Virus record (IMG/VR): IMGVR_UViG_3300016474_000102
Span: 1-35,369 of that record
DNA: 35,369 nt
Direction: 5' to 3' (one strand)
DNA from: a virus
The notes under the pieces are model-generated. The model worked only from the letters and a program-made list of their open reading frames with translations, ran no database searches and had not been told where the DNA came from. The position numbers and the translations under genes were made by a program. Positions 1 through 9,585 of the stretch are shown here, piece by piece; positions within the stretch are counted from its first letter, which is position 1, and the number at the start of each line of letters is the position of its first letter.

Positions 1-22
1 CTAACCCGTACTAAGTCATGGC
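1..22. repeat. Terminal direct repeat copy 1 (identical to 35348-35369); circular-closure overlap
   Basis: CTAACCCGTACTAAGTCATGGC is read at both extreme ends of the window. Confidence 0.95.
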
Positions 23-2000
23 AGCAGCAGAGCAAAAAAAATCGTATGAAGTTGTTAAGAACTTTCGTGGCGTAAACACGAAAGCGAACCGCACTGCTAT
101 TGGTGACGATGAGTTTTACTGGCTTGAAAATGCGATGCCTGTCGGTTACGGCAACTTACGCATTACGCCCACTTACGACAATGTGGGTTCGATTACGTTC
201 TCTCACAATGTAGTTAATTTCTTTTCAGCAAATATTGGCTTAAAAGATTACCTGATTGCTTTTGAGGATGACGGAAGCTGCGAGTACGTTGACCTAGATA
301 CCAATACCAAATCGACATTGGCATCTGCTGGCACATTCTCAACCAGTGGCATGAACATCAGCCAGTGGAAGAATGACCGAGTTCTTATTATTGACCCTGC
401 CAAAGGTTACTTTACTTGGGACGGCACAAGCTTAATTGCCGTTGGTTCTGTAGGCTCAATTGGCATTGTGGCAAGAGGCTCTGGTTACACTAGTGCGCCA
501 GCGGTCATTATTAGCGCGCCAAACCAATCTAACGGCATTCAGGCAACGGCCATTGCGACCATTACGGCAAACGCAGTTTCCTCCGTCACTTTGATAGAGG
601 CCGGAAGCGGATACACCTCTGCGCCGACTGTTACCTTCTCTGGCGGCGGTGGCTCAGGCGCAAATGCTGTAGCTGGCCTGACAACCTTTGCTCAAGGAAC
701 AGTGTCGGTTCTGGTCACGAATGGCGGCACCGGATACACAAACGGCTCAAACATCTCGGTATCTATTACGGGTGGCGGTGGAGCTAACGCGGCAGGTCAG
801 GCAATCGTAAGCGGGAACATCGTGACTCAAGTCATTATGACCAACCCCGGTACTGGCTACACGAACACGGCAAACTGCACAGTAACGATTACAGGTGGTG
901 GTGGTTCAAATGCAACAGCTAAAGCAATCATCAATACCGGAACTAATTCAGGCATTCAGTCATTTTCTGGTCGCGTATGGATAGCCAATGGACGAACTAT
1001 TTATTATAGCGCTGCTGGCTCTTATAGTGACTTTGTATCTGTTTCTGCCGGTACTGTTGTCTTAACTGACGCAACGCTACACGGGAACATTATTCAGCTA
1101 TTGTCAGCCAATAACTTTTTGTACATCTTTGGCGACGATAGCATCAACGTATTTTCGGATGTTCGGGTTACGACTGCCGGAACTACGTTATTTACGAATA
1201 CGAACGTCAGCGCTTCTGTGGGTACTAAGTTGGCTTATGCCATCTTCCCATACTTCCGGTCTGTGTTGTTCATGAATGACTATGGTGTTTATGCGCTTGT
1301 TGGCTCTACAACGTCAAAGATTTCTGACTCTTTGGACGGCATATTTACCAATATTGATTTTAATACTGGCAATACTACTGGCGGTCAGGTTCTCTTAAAC
1401 AACATTCTGTGTGCTGCGTTTAATTTCAGGTACACGGGCGGTCAAGGAACATCTAGCAGCGCCAGATACATACAAGCAATATTTTTTGAGAAGAAATGGT
1501 TTTTCACAAGTGCGAGCAACAATTTGAAGCATGTGGTGTCAGTTCCTGTCGGTGGAAGGATTACGCTGTACGGAACCGATGGCACTTCGTGCGTCAAGAT
1601 GTACGCGAACACAACAGCAAACGTCAGCAGCTATGTGCAGACCTCGCTAAACCCTATGAAAGACCCAATTCGTACCAAACAAGCATTAAAAGTTGGTATT
1701 GAAGCAACTCTACAAAATGCGTCTACGATTAGCGTAACTGTTGATTCAGAAACTGGTTCAAGTCCTGCCGTTCAGCTTGGTCAAATTGTTGAATGGTGGA
1801 ACAATTACTCCATTCCTATTGATTGGATAAACAATAGTTTGCAAGTTGTTCAATGGACTGATGGCGCTGGCGGTTACACGCTGTACAAAACAGACGCAAA
1901 GCAATACGGAAAATATTTGGGAATGACCGTTACGTCTACCAATGCTGGCATTGTGTACAACGGTTTTGAATACGAACATGAACTAAGAACGAGGTTCTAA
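18..2000 (+). CDS. Tail (nozzle / tail-tubular-B-like) structural protein with an inserted Gly-rich repeat domain
   Basis: 660-aa ORF directly after the head/adaptor genes across the circular junction. N-terminus KNFRGVNTKANRT...LENAMP...GNLRITP resembles podovirus nozzle N-termini (from memory). About four 41-aa G(S/T)GYT...GGGG repeats at aa 152-305. Confidence 0.5.
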   Translation: MAAAEQKKSYEVVKNFRGVNTKANRTAIGDDEFYWLENAMPVGYGNLRITPTYDNVGSITFSHNVVNFFSANIGLKDYLIAFEDDGSCEYVDLDTNTKSTLASAGTFSTSGMNISQWKNDRVLIIDPAKGYFTWDGTSLIAVGSVGSIGIVARGSGYTSAPAVIISAPNQSNGIQATAIATITANAVSSVTLIEAGSGYTSAPTVTFSGGGGSGANAVAGLTTFAQGTVSVLVTNGGTGYTNGSNISVSITGGGGANAAGQAIVSGNIVTQVIMTNPGTGYTNTANCTVTITGGGGSNATAKAIINTGTNSGIQSFSGRVWIANGRTIYYSAAGSYSDFVSVSAGTVVLTDATLHGNIIQLLSANNFLYIFGDDSINVFSDVRVTTAGTTLFTNTNVSASVGTKLAYAIFPYFRSVLFMNDYGVYALVGSTTSKISDSLDGIFTNIDFNTGNTTGGQVLLNNILCAAFNFRYTGGQGTSSSARYIQAIFFEKKWFFTSASNNLKHVVSVPVGGRITLYGTDGTSCVKMYANTTANVSSYVQTSLNPMKDPIRTKQALKVGIEATLQNASTISVTVDSETGSSPAVQLGQIVEWWNNYSIPIDWINNSLQVVQWTDGAGGYTLYKTDAKQYGKYLGMTVTSTNAGIVYNGFEYEHELRTRF

Positions 2001-2001
2001 T

Positions 2002-2838
2002 ATGCCGGTTCCATATACCTTTGGAAGTGCGACAACCGCAATTCCCCTGTCTCAGCTAGACAGTAACTTTGCTACAACGATTACGCTTGGCAATACAGCC
2101 ATTCAGCTTGGTAACACGGTTACTACGCTGAACAACATGACGTTGAACAATGTATCCATTACTAGCAGCACAGTTAATGGTTTGACATTGACCAATGCGA
2201 CATTAACTAATGCAAACATTACTAGCGTAGCTGCGACTTTTCCAAATAACTTTTTGGCTAATAGCTCGGTTACTTTGGGAACAACGGCGGTCAGCCTTGG
2301 TTCTACAGCTACTACATTGAATGGACTGACGCTTACCAACCTGACCATTAGCAGCGTATCAGCAACTTTCCCGAACAATTATCTTGCTAACAGCAGCGTA
2401 ACTCTTGGAAACACTGCGCTGACACTAGGAAGCACTGTAACTTCTGTTGGCAACCTAACTATATCTAATGTCACGGTAGCAAATGCGGTAGTAGATAGTG
2501 TCAACGTAGCTGGCTTTATGGGGATTCCTCAGAACAGCCAGAACAGTAACTACAACATTGTTTTGGGTGACGCGGGGAAACATATTTATCACCCAACTGG
2601 TCAGGCTGCGGCAACGTACACGATTCCTGCCAACTCTAATATTGGATTTACTACAGGTACAGCAATTACTTTTGTTAATGGTTCAGCAAATGCTGTAACG
2701 GTAGCAATTACGACTGACACGATGTATTTGTCTTCTAACGGGGCAACTGGAAGTAGAACAATTGCTCAATGGGGCATGGCTACCGCTGTAAAAATATCGT
2801 CTAACGTGTGGGTTATTTCTGGTGCGAACATAACATGA
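2002..2838 (+). CDS. Tail fibre protein with internal tandem repeats
   Basis: 278 aa, N/T/S/L-rich. ATFPNN(F/Y)LANSSVTLG.TA..LGST repeated with a 43-aa period. Starts 1 nt after the upstream stop. Confidence 0.7.
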   Translation: MPVPYTFGSATTAIPLSQLDSNFATTITLGNTAIQLGNTVTTLNNMTLNNVSITSSTVNGLTLTNATLTNANITSVAATFPNNFLANSSVTLGTTAVSLGSTATTLNGLTLTNLTISSVSATFPNNYLANSSVTLGNTALTLGSTVTSVGNLTISNVTVANAVVDSVNVAGFMGIPQNSQNSNYNIVLGDAGKHIYHPTGQAAATYTIPANSNIGFTTGTAITFVNGSANAVTVAITTDTMYLSSNGATGSRTIAQWGMATAVKISSNVWVISGANIT

Positions 2839-4826
2839 CCGGCATAGTTCAATCACTTATTGGCACTTATAGCGCTGCTGTTTCCGCAGTTACGGACGCT
2901 TATTTTTATCTTGTTACGTTGTTGCTTAACACAACAACAACAAACGGAGCGCAAAACAACACGTTCCTAGACTCGTCTAGCAATAACTTCACCATTACCC
3001 GCAACGGCAACACAACGCAGGGTACGTTTACTCCGTTTAGTCTTACGGGGTGGGGACAATTTTTTAATGGAAGCACAGATTATGAAACTGTTGCTGACAA
3101 TGCTGCACTTCAATTTGGTTCTGGAGATTTTACTGTTGAAGGATGGGTATATTTAACTGCTGCAACTGATGCTGTTGGCGTTATATCAAAAAGAAGCAAT
3201 TCAACTTTTACCGGTACGGATTGGCGAATAGCTTATCGCTCTGCGACAGCTAAATTGGCTTGGGCTGACCCCGGCTCTGGAAATACTGACTATAACACTC
3301 CAGCAATTACATTAAATACTTGGACTCATTTTGCTTTTGTTCGTTCTGGAACAAGTCTTAGATGTTACGCAAATGGGGTTTTGGGCGATACCGCAACAGT
3401 ATCAACAAATTTCACAAATACTCAAACTTTATATATTGCCGCAAATACAACATCACTTACATTCCCGGGATATTTATCAAATATCCGCATTACTAAAGGT
3501 GGAGCATTATATTCTGGCTCAACATATACCGTTCCAACATCGGCATTAACTACAACTGTTAGTGCTGGCACAGTTTCCTTGCTGACCTGTCAATCAAACC
3601 GCTTTATTGACAACAGCAGCAACGCCTTTTCTATCACGGTAGCGGGAACTCCTAGAGTCCAAGCCTTTGAACCATTTGCTCCGGGCGCTGCTTACAGCAC
3701 TAGCGTAGTAGGTGGTAGTGGGTATTTTGATGGTACGGGGGATTATTTAAGTATTGCAGATAATGTTGCTTTGCAATTTGGTTCTGGAAACTTTACGATT
3801 AATTGTTGGATATATAGGTCAGTATCAGGAGCAGTTCATACAATAGCAAGCAAAGGAGCATCAACTCCTACTGGATGGGTATTTCAAGTAAATGCGTCTA
3901 ATCAACTTGTATGGACTGATACATCAACTAACATAACAACAACTACAACAATTCCTGCTAACGCTTGGACTTATGTTTCAGTAGTGCGTTCTGGAACTGG
4001 AACAAATCAAACTGTTTTATATATAAATGGAGTTTCTTCGGCTACTGGAACATCAGCAACTAATTTTAACCAAACGTCTGCACTTAATATTGGGGCTGAT
4101 AGAAGCAACGCAAATACTTTTAATGGTTATATAGCTGGATTTGAATATGTAAAAGGAACGGCATTATCAATCAGCATTCCTTCTTCTCCACCAACAACAT
4201 CAAATAGTCCATCTGCATTGCTTAACTTCACTAACGCTGGCATTTACGACGCAACATCTAAAAACGATTTAGAAACAGTAGGAAATGCACAGGTAAGCAC
4301 TACACAGGCAAAGTTTGGTACGACTTCCATGTCATTTGATGGGACGGGGGATTATCTTACATTCCCGTCTAATGATTTATTAGCTTTTGGAACTGGTGAT
4401 TTTACAATTGAATTTTGGGTATATAGAAACAATACAACATCAAATATGATTGTTATTGATTCTAGACCTGCTGCGGGAACAGATGGATACGCAATATATT
4501 TCGATTCAAATAATAAGACTGTGTGGTTGGTTGCTAACGTAGCAACAGCAACAGGCGCAACAACAATTTCTTCTGGCGCTTGGTATCACATTGCCGTAAC
4601 TAGGTCTGGAACAACCGTAAAAATATTTGTAAATGGCGCTCAAGATGCTTCTGTTACTAGCGCAACTGATGCAAAACAAAGCGGAATAACAATTGGAGCA
4701 AAACAACAAACAGGCTCTAGTCTTGTTGCTTTAAATGGATATTTAGATGAATTTAGAATTACTAAAGGTTATGCAAGATATACATCAGCATTTTCTGTCC
4801 CAACAGCAGCCTTCCCGGTTCAATAA
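2835..4826 (+). CDS. Receptor-binding / tail fibre protein with three LamG (concanavalin-like lectin) domains
   Basis: Motif (F/Y)(F/D)G(S/T)(T/G)DY...ALQFGSG(D/N)FT(V/I)..W(V/I)Y occurs three times (nt about 3060, 3721, 4333). ATG 2835 overlaps the upstream TGA (ATGA); the track start at 2808 is a GTG alternative. Confidence 0.7.
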   Translation: MTGIVQSLIGTYSAAVSAVTDAYFYLVTLLLNTTTTNGAQNNTFLDSSSNNFTITRNGNTTQGTFTPFSLTGWGQFFNGSTDYETVADNAALQFGSGDFTVEGWVYLTAATDAVGVISKRSNSTFTGTDWRIAYRSATAKLAWADPGSGNTDYNTPAITLNTWTHFAFVRSGTSLRCYANGVLGDTATVSTNFTNTQTLYIAANTTSLTFPGYLSNIRITKGGALYSGSTYTVPTSALTTTVSAGTVSLLTCQSNRFIDNSSNAFSITVAGTPRVQAFEPFAPGAAYSTSVVGGSGYFDGTGDYLSIADNVALQFGSGNFTINCWIYRSVSGAVHTIASKGASTPTGWVFQVNASNQLVWTDTSTNITTTTTIPANAWTYVSVVRSGTGTNQTVLYINGVSSATGTSATNFNQTSALNIGADRSNANTFNGYIAGFEYVKGTALSISIPSSPPTTSNSPSALLNFTNAGIYDATSKNDLETVGNAQVSTTQAKFGTTSMSFDGTGDYLTFPSNDLLAFGTGDFTIEFWVYRNNTTSNMIVIDSRPAAGTDGYAIYFDSNNKTVWLVANVATATGATTISSGAWYHIAVTRSGTTVKIFVNGAQDASVTSATDAKQSGITIGAKQQTGSSLVALNGYLDEFRITKGYARYTSAFSVPTAAFPVQ

Positions 4827-4834
4827 GGTGATAT

Positions 4835-5119
4835 ATGTGGACTAAAAACGGCTCAATACCAAAACCTGAGACAGATGGCACTGAAGGCTGGATAGAAGTA
4901 TCTGAGGCTCCCGAAGCGCCTGAAGGCAAAGAAGTAGTCTGGTGGTTTCCTCCGGGATGGGTAATTCGTGACCCGCAGCCGGGGCCTAATTGGTCATGGA
5001 GTCAGTCTGAAGAAAAGTGGATTGAGTATGTGCCGCTGGAGGTTCAGGCGGTTGATATAAATGCACTAGATTCTACTCAGATTCCTGCATTAACAAGTTC
5101 TGATATACAGGCTTTGTAA
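4835..5119 (+). CDS. Hypothetical protein (W/P/E-rich), possibly fibre-associated
   Basis: 94-aa ORF with an AAGGTGAT SD 5 nt upstream, inside the fibre cluster. Confidence 0.55.
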   Translation: MWTKNGSIPKPETDGTEGWIEVSEAPEAPEGKEVVWWFPPGWVIRDPQPGPNWSWSQSEEKWIEYVPLEVQAVDINALDSTQIPALTSSDIQAL

Positions 5120-5128
5120 GGATAAATT

Positions 5129-5458
5129 ATGGGACTTAATGCTTTTCAAAAGATGGGAAACACGGTGACGTTTACAGCGGATACCGTGGCTCCAGCACCA
5201 GTTCAGGCATCGTCAGGAACTAATAATGGAAACCAATACCGTGTTATCAATACTGGTACGGTAACTGTGTTTTTGGGTTATGGGATGACGTCTGACCAAG
5301 CAAACAGCAGCGCTGTTGTTGTGACTAGCTCTCAACCTGCTTTCCCGATATTGCCGAACACAGATGAAATTTTGACGTTTGTGCCGAATGCTTATTTTAC
5401 CGGGATAACGTCTGGTGGTTCTGCAACTATATACATTACGCCCGGAGATGGTTTGTAA
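5129..5458 (+). CDS. Small structural-module protein, paralog A of the TPG(D/E)GL-terminated family
   Basis: 109 aa with an AAGGA SD. N-terminus NAFQKMGNT and C-terminus YITPGDGL match the ORF ending at 14630. Confidence 0.65.
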   Translation: MGLNAFQKMGNTVTFTADTVAPAPVQASSGTNNGNQYRVINTGTVTVFLGYGMTSDQANSSAVVVTSSQPAFPILPNTDEILTFVPNAYFTGITSGGSATIYITPGDGL

Positions 5459-5479
5459 GATTGGCAACAAGGAGCAATC

Positions 5480-6349
5480 ATGCTAAAGGTAGCTGGTGGA
5501 GTAGGGGGTGGTGGTAATGCGTCAGGGACAGTAACCCAAGTCAATACGGGTACTGGCCTGTCCGGTGGCCCGATTACGACCAGCGGAACTATCCGAATTG
5601 CGAATACAACGGTTACAGCGGCTTCCTACGGGTCTGGAAACACTGTAGCGACGTTTACGGTTAATGCTCAAGGTCAACTGACAGCGGCTGCTAATGCCGC
5701 TATTGACATTGCTGTAGCCAATGTTTCTGGCGCTGTAGTAAACACTACGACGATTACTGCTGGCACCGGATTGTCTGGTGGCGGCAATCTTGCATCTAAT
5801 GTAACCATCAATCTTGCTAATACTGCGGTATCTGCCGGTAGCTACGGTAATGCTACGCTGATTCCTCAAATTACGATTGATGCCCAAGGTCGGATTACGT
5901 CGGCAAGCAATGTAGCTGTTCAATCTGGCGGCACAGGAACGGTTACGCAGGTTGATACTGGCACAGGTCTTACTGGTGGACCTATAACCAGTTCTGGCAC
6001 GATTTCACTGGCTAATACGGCGGTTACTGCTGGCACCTACGGCACTGCAAGCCAAGTATCTCAGGTAACGGTAGACGCTCAAGGACGGATTACTAGCGCG
6101 TCCAATGTAGCTATTGCGATTGCTAATAGCGCGGTGTCTGGCCTTGGCACCATGTCTACGCAGAATGCCAATAATGTAAGTATTACTGGCGGTACAGAAA
6201 ATGGTGTGACGTACACCAACGCAAATATATCTGGAACGACTGCATCAACAGCAACATTTGCAACAGCCAGCCTTCCTTTGGTCCCTGAAGGCTACATCAC
6301 TATCAACATTAACGGGACGGCAAAAAAAATACCGTATTACGGAGTGTAA
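5480..6349 (+). CDS. Tail fibre-like protein with three ~65-aa repeats
   Basis: 289 aa with an AAGGAG SD. TGTGL(S/T)GGPIT(T/S)SGTI.(I/L)ANT.VTA..YG....TVDAQGRITSASNVA is repeated three times. Confidence 0.7.
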   Translation: MLKVAGGVGGGGNASGTVTQVNTGTGLSGGPITTSGTIRIANTTVTAASYGSGNTVATFTVNAQGQLTAAANAAIDIAVANVSGAVVNTTTITAGTGLSGGGNLASNVTINLANTAVSAGSYGNATLIPQITIDAQGRITSASNVAVQSGGTGTVTQVDTGTGLTGGPITSSGTISLANTAVTAGTYGTASQVSQVTVDAQGRITSASNVAIAIANSAVSGLGTMSTQNANNVSITGGTENGVTYTNANISGTTASTATFATASLPLVPEGYITININGTAKKIPYYGV

Positions 6350-6574
6350 ATGGAAGGCCAGATGCTATTTAACATTGTTGTCGGTCTAGCAGCCTTCTTT
6401 GGGGGCTGGACTCTGAACAGTATAAGTCGCACCTTGGAACGTCTTGATAATGACGTTAGAGACATGCCGCACATGTATGTCAACCGGGAAGACTACCGGA
6501 CTGACATTGCTGAAATTAAAGGCATGTTGGGCAAGATATTTGACCGTCTTGAGAATAAGGCAGACAAACTGTGA
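6350..6574 (+). CDS. Small N-terminally membrane-anchored coiled-coil protein
   Basis: 74 aa. Hydrophobic FNIVVGLAAFFGGW is followed by a charged helical segment. ATG abuts the upstream TAA. Confidence 0.6.
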   Translation: MEGQMLFNIVVGLAAFFGGWTLNSISRTLERLDNDVRDMPHMYVNREDYRTDIAEIKGMLGKIFDRLENKADKL

Positions 6575-6909
6575 ACATGGACACGCTCTCAATGGTGGAA
6601 TTCGGGAATAACGAGTCCCTTGGAGAGTTTTTGTTCGAAAACGGCTTGCAGCACCGCCTTTTCCAAGAAACATTGATGGATTTGGGCTTTTCAGTGCCGA
6701 TTTACCCCATTATTGATGCTGAAACAAGCAACCTAGACGATTGGTTATTGGCTCATCAGGTCGAGCATCAGGCATTTGCTGGCCTCTTAGGACTCAATAA
6801 TCCGTTCAATATGCTTGATGTTGACTTCAATAATGAGTCAGATTTTTACGATTGGTTGGCTAGTCATTTGTACATTCATGAGCAAATTGTGGCGCAGCTA
6901 GGACTTTAA
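6571..6909 (+). CDS. Acidic hypothetical protein
   Basis: 112-aa ORF. GTG 6571 overlaps the upstream TGA (GTGA); alternative ATG at 6577. Confidence 0.55.
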   Translation: MNMDTLSMVEFGNNESLGEFLFENGLQHRLFQETLMDLGFSVPIYPIIDAETSNLDDWLLAHQVEHQAFAGLLGLNNPFNMLDVDFNNESDFYDWLASHLYIHEQIVAQLGL

Positions 6910-6988
6910 ATATGCTTCCCCCGCCCCAAAAAAAATTGATTTTTGCAGATAAGAAACTTTTAGGAATGTAGCGTAAGGATTACTTACT

Positions 6989-8461
6989 ATGTCAGTCGGA
7001 ATATCAATAAACCCTGCGGGTAAAAAAGCCTTAAAGGACAAAGTAAAGCAACAAGCTATTGTTAAGCAGGTTACTGCTGATATTCCGTCTGCGCCAGCAC
7101 CGAAAACGTGGGCAGATGCTGCTAAAGCATACGCAAAACAGTATGGAGTAACACTTCCTAGCAACTTTGAGAATGTTGTCAAATATGCTTCTTATTCGCA
7201 GCCAACTACAAATCAAGAAAAAGCTTACATAGCAGCGGTAAAAGACCGCGTTCTTGATTTAAAAAATAAACCTGCTGATTTATATAAAGCGGCTTTGTAT
7301 GGCGCTGGTAAAAATTATCAGTCAAATTACATTTTTAGAAATGACCGGTTAAGAAACAATCTGCTGGCAGCAGATAAGGCAATGATTGAATCTCTTGCTC
7401 CTGTCGCTCAAAAATACGGTGTTTCTGCTGCCGACATTAGTTCTCAATTAAGTTCTGGCGCTCAGGTATCTATAGATTTTTATAAAAATATGCCCCGCGA
7501 GTCAGGCGGCATAGATGCGCTTATTGGCACCGTGTTATCAGCGGGTGTTGGCGCAGCAACTGGTGGCCTTAGTTTGCCAGCGCAAATAGCGGCTCAGGCA
7601 ACTGTATCTCTTTCTCAAGGCGCAAGCGTCCAAGACACCATTAAAAGTATTGGAGCTTCGCTTGCTGGCGGTCAGGTAGTTGATGCATTAAAAGGGGTTA
7701 GTTCTCAAATTGCCAATCCTTCACTAAAGGCTGCTTTTGAAGGGGCAGCAAAGTCTGCTACAACCGCAGCATTACTTGGTCAAGACGTTACTGCTGCGGC
7801 TTTAATTGGCGCTGGCGTAGCTGGCGGGACTGCTGCTGCTGAACAAGTCACTGAATCTGCTGGAACAGGTTTAAAAGCTCCGGGACAAGTAGCGGCTCCG
7901 TCTGCTGCTGGACAAGCTTCGTTAAGAACAGATGTTGCTGGAACTGCGCCCGAAATTGGAACAGGAACAGGTCTTTACGCAAGTCCATCTGCGTTACTTA
8001 CTAAGCAACTTGCTCCTTATTCTACTCAAACAGGCGACGTTATTTCTGGTGGCGCTGGAACTGTTCAGCCTAGATACACTGGTGCAGCAGACATTATTAC
8101 GCCTTCATCATTAACTCAATATTTGCCGGAATATCAAGCTCCAGAATCTACTAGCGGTAGCATGAAAAGAGGTTTGTCTGCTAGTGAAAAAGAGGCTTTA
8201 AGTGAGGCGTTAGGACTAGGCCTTGGCTCGTTGTTTCAAAAAGATACTGGCGGCACTCAGACAACGTATGCGGCAGGTGATACGCAAAGGACTACCGCAT
8301 TGCCTGTTGGTCAATATTCGCCGGGTTCTCAGGCATTGGCTCAAGCTTTACGGATTGGTGATGTGGGTGCGCCTATATTTGGCACTGATAAAGACAAGGG
8401 TAAGAAATCAGGTTGGAATGTTGAGTCGCTCCGTTATATGGGCGACGTAGGAGAGGCGTAA
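6989..8461 (+). CDS. Internal virion / ejection-type protein (Ala/Gly-rich)
   Basis: 490 aa, first of four large translationally coupled ORFs after the fibres. Low-complexity A/G/S/T-rich C-terminal half. Confidence 0.55.
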   Translation: MSVGISINPAGKKALKDKVKQQAIVKQVTADIPSAPAPKTWADAAKAYAKQYGVTLPSNFENVVKYASYSQPTTNQEKAYIAAVKDRVLDLKNKPADLYKAALYGAGKNYQSNYIFRNDRLRNNLLAADKAMIESLAPVAQKYGVSAADISSQLSSGAQVSIDFYKNMPRESGGIDALIGTVLSAGVGAATGGLSLPAQIAAQATVSLSQGASVQDTIKSIGASLAGGQVVDALKGVSSQIANPSLKAAFEGAAKSATTAALLGQDVTAAALIGAGVAGGTAAAEQVTESAGTGLKAPGQVAAPSAAGQASLRTDVAGTAPEIGTGTGLYASPSALLTKQLAPYSTQTGDVISGGAGTVQPRYTGAADIITPSSLTQYLPEYQAPESTSGSMKRGLSASEKEALSEALGLGLGSLFQKDTGGTQTTYAAGDTQRTTALPVGQYSPGSQALAQALRIGDVGAPIFGTDKDKGKKSGWNVESLRYMGDVGEA

Positions 8462-9585
8462 TGGCAAAGCAAATAGCACGACTGTTAAAGGCAGATATTC
8501 AAGAATCCAGCGATTTGAAGTCTATCGCTAGAATGCTTTCTAAGAAAGGCAGGGGTGGAGACACCATGCTGGCGCACATTACGCCTAAAGAGGCTAAGAT
8601 TCTTAAGGAGGCCGGAGGTGCCGGAACAGTCAATCCTGACACCGGATTGTTAGAGTTCTACGATGGAAGTTTCAACATCGGAGACTATGGCTTTGATTAC
8701 GGCGCTGATTACGCTAGACAGCAGCCTCAACAGCAGTCTTACGACTATATACCTCCTAGACAAGCAGCAGAAAGCCCATTTACTTTTGATGCTAGTGCCG
8801 CTCCAGTTGAATTAACTCCATCGGGAATTGACCCTACTCAATATTATTCAGAACAAGCTGCTGCCTATACACCATCTGCTGATTTTGCTCCGTATTTGCA
8901 AGCGGTTGGAGGAATGGCAGATATACCGCAAGATGTCGCTGCAACAGCAATGCGTACACCTACTGACATTTATATGGCAGGACAAGCTCCGGCAGGAATG
9001 GCTGCGGGTGGAGAAATAACGCCTACTCAGCCCGGATTGTCTCAGAGAGCAGGAGACATTTTAAAAGCAGTAAAGGAAGGCGGCGGTGATGTTTTAGATT
9101 TCTTAAAGAAAAACCCTGAATTAATTAAATTAGCTGGCGCTGGCGCTGGTGCTTTGGCTGGACGACAGCAAGCTCAACAAGCATCAAGACAAATTCAGCA
9201 AGCAGTGCAAGAGCAGAAACAAATTGGCAAACCGTACCAAGAAAGAGGACAAGAAATGCAGCGCGCCGCTTTGGCTGGTGAGCTTACCCCGCAATCTGCA
9301 CAGGCTTATCAGGCTCTACGCGCACAGATGGCTCAAGGCATTGAGTCTAGGGGCGGTGTGGGTGTGGCTCAAGCGCAAGCGCAGTTAGAGTCCTTCCGGC
9401 AAAACTTGTTGCAAAACCAGTACAACTACGGTTTGCAAGTGGCTCAAATTGGCGACCAGTACGCAGTCGGCGCTATCAGAACAGGATTGCAGCTTGACCA
9501 GAACTTGCAAGCGGCAACGCAGCAGTTCTACACTAATCTCGCCGCTATTGCTGGCGGCATAGCTCCCGCAAGGACTCAACAATGA
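8461..9585 (+). CDS. Internal virion-type protein
   Basis: 374 aa with TAATG coupling. N-terminal GDTMLAHITPKEAKILKEAGGAGTVNPDTGLLEF motif recalled from podovirus structural proteins; Q/A-rich C-terminus. Confidence 0.55.
   Translation: MAKQIARLLKADIQESSDLKSIARMLSKKGRGGDTMLAHITPKEAKILKEAGGAGTVNPDTGLLEFYDGSFNIGDYGFDYGADYARQQPQQQSYDYIPPRQAAESPFTFDASAAPVELTPSGIDPTQYYSEQAAAYTPSADFAPYLQAVGGMADIPQDVAATAMRTPTDIYMAGQAPAGMAAGGEITPTQPGLSQRAGDILKAVKEGGGDVLDFLKKNPELIKLAGAGAGALAGRQQAQQASRQIQQAVQEQKQIGKPYQERGQEMQRAALAGELTPQSAQAYQALRAQMAQGIESRGGVGVAQAQAQLESFRQNLLQNQYNYGLQVAQIGDQYAVGAIRTGLQLDQNLQAATQQFYTNLAAIAGGIAPARTQQ

Noticed and set aside
2002-6349. Diversity-generating retroelement (template/variable repeat pair near the fibres)
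   Set aside because: No reverse transcriptase ORF exists anywhere in the genome. The repeats seen are in-frame tandem protein repeats, not a distant TR/VR pair with adenine-specific differences.
6350-6574. i-spanin candidate (N-terminal TM plus coiled coil)
   Set aside because: It is only 74 aa, 8 kb from the lysis cassette, with no partner lipoprotein ORF. It is kept as a membrane-anchored protein of unknown function.
6910-6988. Promoter in the A8-containing gap upstream of 6989 (TTGATT ... TAGGAAT)
   Set aside because: No acceptable -10 hexamer lies at 16-18 nt spacing, so the gap is left unannotated.
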